A stretch of DNA of 64,000 nt from Macrostomum lignano (taxonomy: Eukaryota): positions 186,001-250,000 of the forward strand of contig NIVC01000990.1 of assembly GCA_002269645.1 (NCBI GenBank), read 5' to 3'. Of this stretch, positions 60,088 through 64,000 are shown one piece after another. The stretch's first letter is position 1; every line of letters starts with the position of its first letter. Position numbers and translations under genes: made by a program. Below the pieces are notes generated by a model. It ran no database searches. It was not told where the DNA came from and worked only from the letters and a program-made list of their open reading frames with translations.

Positions 60088-61275
60088 ATGTCGAAATCAA
60101 GCAAGTCGCTAAGTGCCAAGGCGAAGCAGCAGCAGCAGCTTCAGCAGGAGGACCGCGGCTCCACCTCCACGGGCACCGAGGATGACGAAGGAGAGGATGG
60201 CAATGAAGGTCGCCGTCAGAAGTCGGAGTCCCGCAAGCGGCTGCAGCGGTCGTTTTCGCTGGTTCCGGAGCGACTTGCCGTCGGCGGCAAAGGAGGCGGC
60301 GGCAGCGGCGGCGGGCTGTTCAGGAAGTCCGCCAGCCGGATGCAGCTGTGCGAGGCCGTCCTGCAGGTGCTCATCGTTGGCCTGGTGGTGGCAACCTTCC
60401 CGTTCTCGCTGCTGCTGTGCCTGAAGGTGGTGGCCCAGTACGAGCGGGCGGTGATCTTCCGTCTGGGCCGCATCCGCAGCTCCGAGGCCAGCGGGCCCGG
60501 CATGATCTTCCTGCTGCCCGGCATCGACTCCATGAAGCTGGTGGACCTGCGCACCATGACATTCGACGTGCCCACCCAGGAGGTGCTGACTAAAGACTCT
60601 GTGACCGTGGCGGTTGAGGCCGTGGTGTACTACAGGATCTTCGACCCGGTCATGTCGGTTGTCAACGTCGAGGACTGCAGCCGCTCCACGAAGCTGCTCG
60701 CCCAGACAACACTGCGCAACGTCCTTGGCACGGCCAGTCTCTACCAGCTGCTGGCCGGCCGGGACGAATCCACCCTGCTGATGCAGGAGACTCTGGACGC
60801 CGCCACCGACACATGGGGCGTCAAGGTGGAGCGAGTGGAGATCAAGGATGTCCGCCTGCCGACTCAGCTGCAGCGGGCGATGGCCGCCGAGGCGGAGGCG
60901 GCCCGCGAGGCCCGGGCGAAGGTGATCGCGGCCGAGGGCGAGCAGAAGGCCAGCAAAGCGTTGAAGGCGGCCGCCATCGAGCTGTCCGAGTGCGGAGTCG
61001 CCCTGCAGCTGCGCTACCTGCAGACTCTGTGCAGCATCTCGGCTGAGAAGAACTCAACAATCATCTTCCCGCTGCCCATCGAGATGCTGCAGATGTTCCA
61101 GACCGAGCAGCAGCAGCCGCCGCCGCAGTCCACCGATGATTCTGACGCCACGGCACCGACTTCCTGTGCCAGGCCGGTGATCACCACCAGCCGGAAGTCG
61201 ACGACGCATCCGCAGACCCAGCAGCAGATGGGAGCTGCTTCCGGTGCGAGCAGCAGCTTGGAGTCCGGCTGCTGA
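60088..61275 (+). CDS. STOM: Stomatin/MEC-2-family SPFH protein, intronless, 395 aa
   Basis: Pro-kinked hydrophobic hairpin VVATFPFSLLLCLKVVAQYERAVIFRLGR; VDLRT..FDVPTQEVLTKDSVTVAV; LLAQTTLRNVLG; AEAEAAREARAKVIAAEGE; ALQLRYLQTL; STIIFPLP. The exact paralog is not resolved. Confidence 0.93.
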   Translation: MSKSSKSLSAKAKQQQQLQQEDRGSTSTGTEDDEGEDGNEGRRQKSESRKRLQRSFSLVPERLAVGGKGGGGSGGGLFRKSASRMQLCEAVLQVLIVGLVVATFPFSLLLCLKVVAQYERAVIFRLGRIRSSEASGPGMIFLLPGIDSMKLVDLRTMTFDVPTQEVLTKDSVTVAVEAVVYYRIFDPVMSVVNVEDCSRSTKLLAQTTLRNVLGTASLYQLLAGRDESTLLMQETLDAATDTWGVKVERVEIKDVRLPTQLQRAMAAEAEAAREARAKVIAAEGEQKASKALKAAAIELSECGVALQLRYLQTLCSISAEKNSTIIFPLPIEMLQMFQTEQQQPPPQSTDDSDATAPTSCARPVITTSRKSTTHPQTQQQMGAASGASSSLESGC

Positions 61276-61419
61276 TTGAAGGCTTTGAAGTGGGCTGACT
61301 GGGCTGCTTGACGGCCGTAGCAACTATGATGCAGACTTGCGGGTCCTGTTTGTGTTTTGAGCAAAATTTCACTGGGTCTGTGAGACGGTAGTTGTCACCC
61401 TCCTGTTAAACACGAGTGG

Positions 61420-61992
61420 CCCCTGTTAGACAGGAATGTCACCTGTTAGACAGGAATGTCACCTGTTAGACAGGGATGTCACCTGTTAGACAGGAATGTC
61501 ACAGGAGTGGCACCTGTTAGATAGGATTGCACCACCTGTTAGACCGGATGGCACCTGTTAGATAGGATTGCACCACCTGTTAGACCGGATGGCACCTGTT
61601 AGATAGGATTGTGCCACCTGTTAGACAGGAGTGGCACCTGTTAGATAGGGGTGGCACCTGTTAGACAAGAGTGAAACCTGTTAGACAGGGGTGGCACCTG
61701 TTAGACAGGGGTAGCACCTGTTAGAGAGGAATGTCACCTGTTGGACAAGATTGGAACCTGTTACACAGGGGTGACACCTGTTAGACAGGGGTAGCACCTG
61801 TTAGACAGGATTGTGGCACCTGTTAGACAGGAATGTCACCTGTTAGACAGGAATGTCACCTGTTAGACAGGAATGTCACCTGTTAGACAGGAATGTCACC
61901 TGTTGGACAAGATTGGAACCTGTTAGACAGGGGTGGCACCTGTTAGACAGGGGTGACACCTGTTAGACAGGGGTAGCACTGGTTACACAGGT
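61420..61992. repeat. 20-bp minisatellite CACCTGTTAGACAGGAATGT and variants
   Basis: Tandem array. Confidence 0.9.
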
Positions 61993-62319
61993 TTCTTTCT
62001 TAATTCTCATATGCAACTGCGCTCTAATAATAATCTATATTTATAGTAAAAGGAAATATAATTAACCGCTTGGCAATGCAAACTGTTTATGATTGACATG
62101 TACTTTATTCAAATCCTTCAACCGTGTTTTTAGCTTGGTCACGAATTTCATATCGTTCACCTATTAATTAATCAATCAATCAATCAACAATAATGGATTT
62201 CCACCACTCAGAGATCAGTTGCTGCTCGGCTGTCCCCCACCGTCTGCTTAAGAAGCAGGCAGGGAAAAAACTTTAAGAGAAATTCTTGATTGAAATTTTC
62301 ATAATCCGCGTCTGCTCTG

Positions 62320-64000
62320 ACTGTCACTCTCCCGCTCACTGTCACTCTCCCGCTCACTGTCACTCTCCCGCTCACTGTCACTCTCCCGCTCACTGTCACT
62401 CTCCCGCTCACTGTCACTCTCCCGCTCACTGTCACTCTCCCGCTCACTGTCACTCTCCCGCTCACCGTCACTCTCCCGCTCACTGTCACTCTCCCGCTCA
62501 CTGTCACTCTCCCGCTCACTGTCACTCTCCCGCTCACTGTCACTCTCCCGCTCACTGTCACTCTCCCGCTCACTGTCACTCTCCCGCTCACTGTCACTCT
62601 CCCGCTCACCGTCACTCTCCCGCTCACTGTCACTCTCCCGCTCACTGTCACTCTCCCGCTCACTGTCACTCTCCCGCTCACTGTCACTCTCCCGCTCACT
62701 GTCACTCTCCCGCTCACTGTCACTCTCCCGCTCACTGTCACTCTCTACTCACTGTCACTCCACTCACTGTCACTCTCTACTCACTGTCACTCTCTCGCTC
62801 ACCGTCACTCTCTACTCACTGTCACTCTCTACTCACTGTCACTCTCTACTCACTGTCACTCTCTACTCACCGTCACTCTCTACTCACTGTCACTCTCTAC
62901 TCACTGTCACTCCACTCACTGTCATTCTCCCGCTCACTGTCACTCTCTACTCACTGTCACTCCACTCACTGTCACTCTCTACTCACTGTCACTCTCTCGC
63001 TCACCGTCACTCTCTACTCACTGTCACTCTACTCACTGTCACTCTCTACTCACTGTCACTCCACTCACTGTCACTCTCTACTCACTGTCACTCTCTACTC
63101 ACTCACTCTCTACTCACTGTCACTCTACTCACTGTCACTCTCTACTCACTGTCACTCCACTCACTGTCACTCTCTACTCACTGTCACTCCACTCACTGTC
63201 ACTCTCTACTCACTGTCACTCTCTACTCACTGTCACTCTCTACTCACTCACTCTCTACTCACTGTCACTCTCTACTCACTGTCACTCTCTACTCACTGTC
63301 ACTCTCTACTCACTGTCACTCTCTACTCACTGTCACTCTCTACTCACTGTCACTCTCTACTCACTGTCACTCTCTACTCACTGTCACTCTCTACTCACTG
63401 TCACTCTCTACTCACTCACTCTCTACTCACTGTCACTCCACTCACTGTCATTCTCCCGCTCACTGTCACTCTCTACTCACTGTCACTCCACTCACTGTCA
63501 CTCTCTACTCACTGTCACTCTCTACTCACTGTCACTCTCTACTCACTCACTCTCTACTCACTGTCACTCCACTCACTGTCATTCTCCCGCTCACTGTCAC
63601 TCTCTACTCACTGTCACTCTCTACTCACTGTCACTCTCTACTCACTGTCACTCCACTCACTGTCACTCTCTACTCACTCACTCTCTACTCACTGTCACTC
63701 TCTACTCACTCACTCTCTACTCACTGTCATTCTCTACTCACTGTCACTCTCTACTCACTGTCATTCTCTACTCACTGTCACTCTCTCGCTCACTGTCACT
63801 CTCTCGTTCACTGTCACTCTCTACTCACTGTCACTCTCTACTCACTGTCACTCTCTACTCACTGTCACTCTCTACTCACTCACTCTCTACTCACTGTCAC
63901 TCTCTACTCACTGTCACCCTACGCACTGTCACCCCACGCACTGTCACCCCACGCACTGTCACCCCACGCACTGTCACTCCACTCCACTCACTGTCATTCT
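62320..64000. repeat. 18-bp CACTGTCACTCTCCCGCT array changing to 17-bp CACTGTCACTCTCTACT; runs to the window end
   Basis: Tandem array with a unit switch at about 62740. Confidence 0.95.

Overview
Eukaryotic animal DNA with GC-rich exons separated by micro- and minisatellite arrays. This architecture and the TTAGGG repeats suggest a flatworm such as Macrostomum, which is an inference only. From 5' to 3' the window holds: an intact 4.7-kb Ty3/Gypsy LTR retrotransposon (639-5346; identical 216-bp LTRs, AAAC TSD, -1 frameshift signal) inserted in a 20-bp satellite; a two-exon orphan type I membrane protein gene; a minus-strand orphan gene; Helitron-like elements; an intronless ING3; a 7-exon ACK/TNK2 kinase whose introns carry different minisatellites, two tRNA-derived SINEs, a solo LTR and a telomeric tract; a 14.4-kb satellite with higher-order structure; NTMT1; a short, divergent phytochelatin-synthase-like gene that resembles the prokaryotic type but has an intron; and a stomatin gene. 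The leading leads are the PCS-like enzyme, an ACK gene with no local ATG for its SAM domain (possible start codon from a trans-spliced leader, possible operon), and the private repeat in almost every intron. All splice models were built by hand and checked for GT-AG and phase. Family assignments rest on remembered motifs, not database searches.
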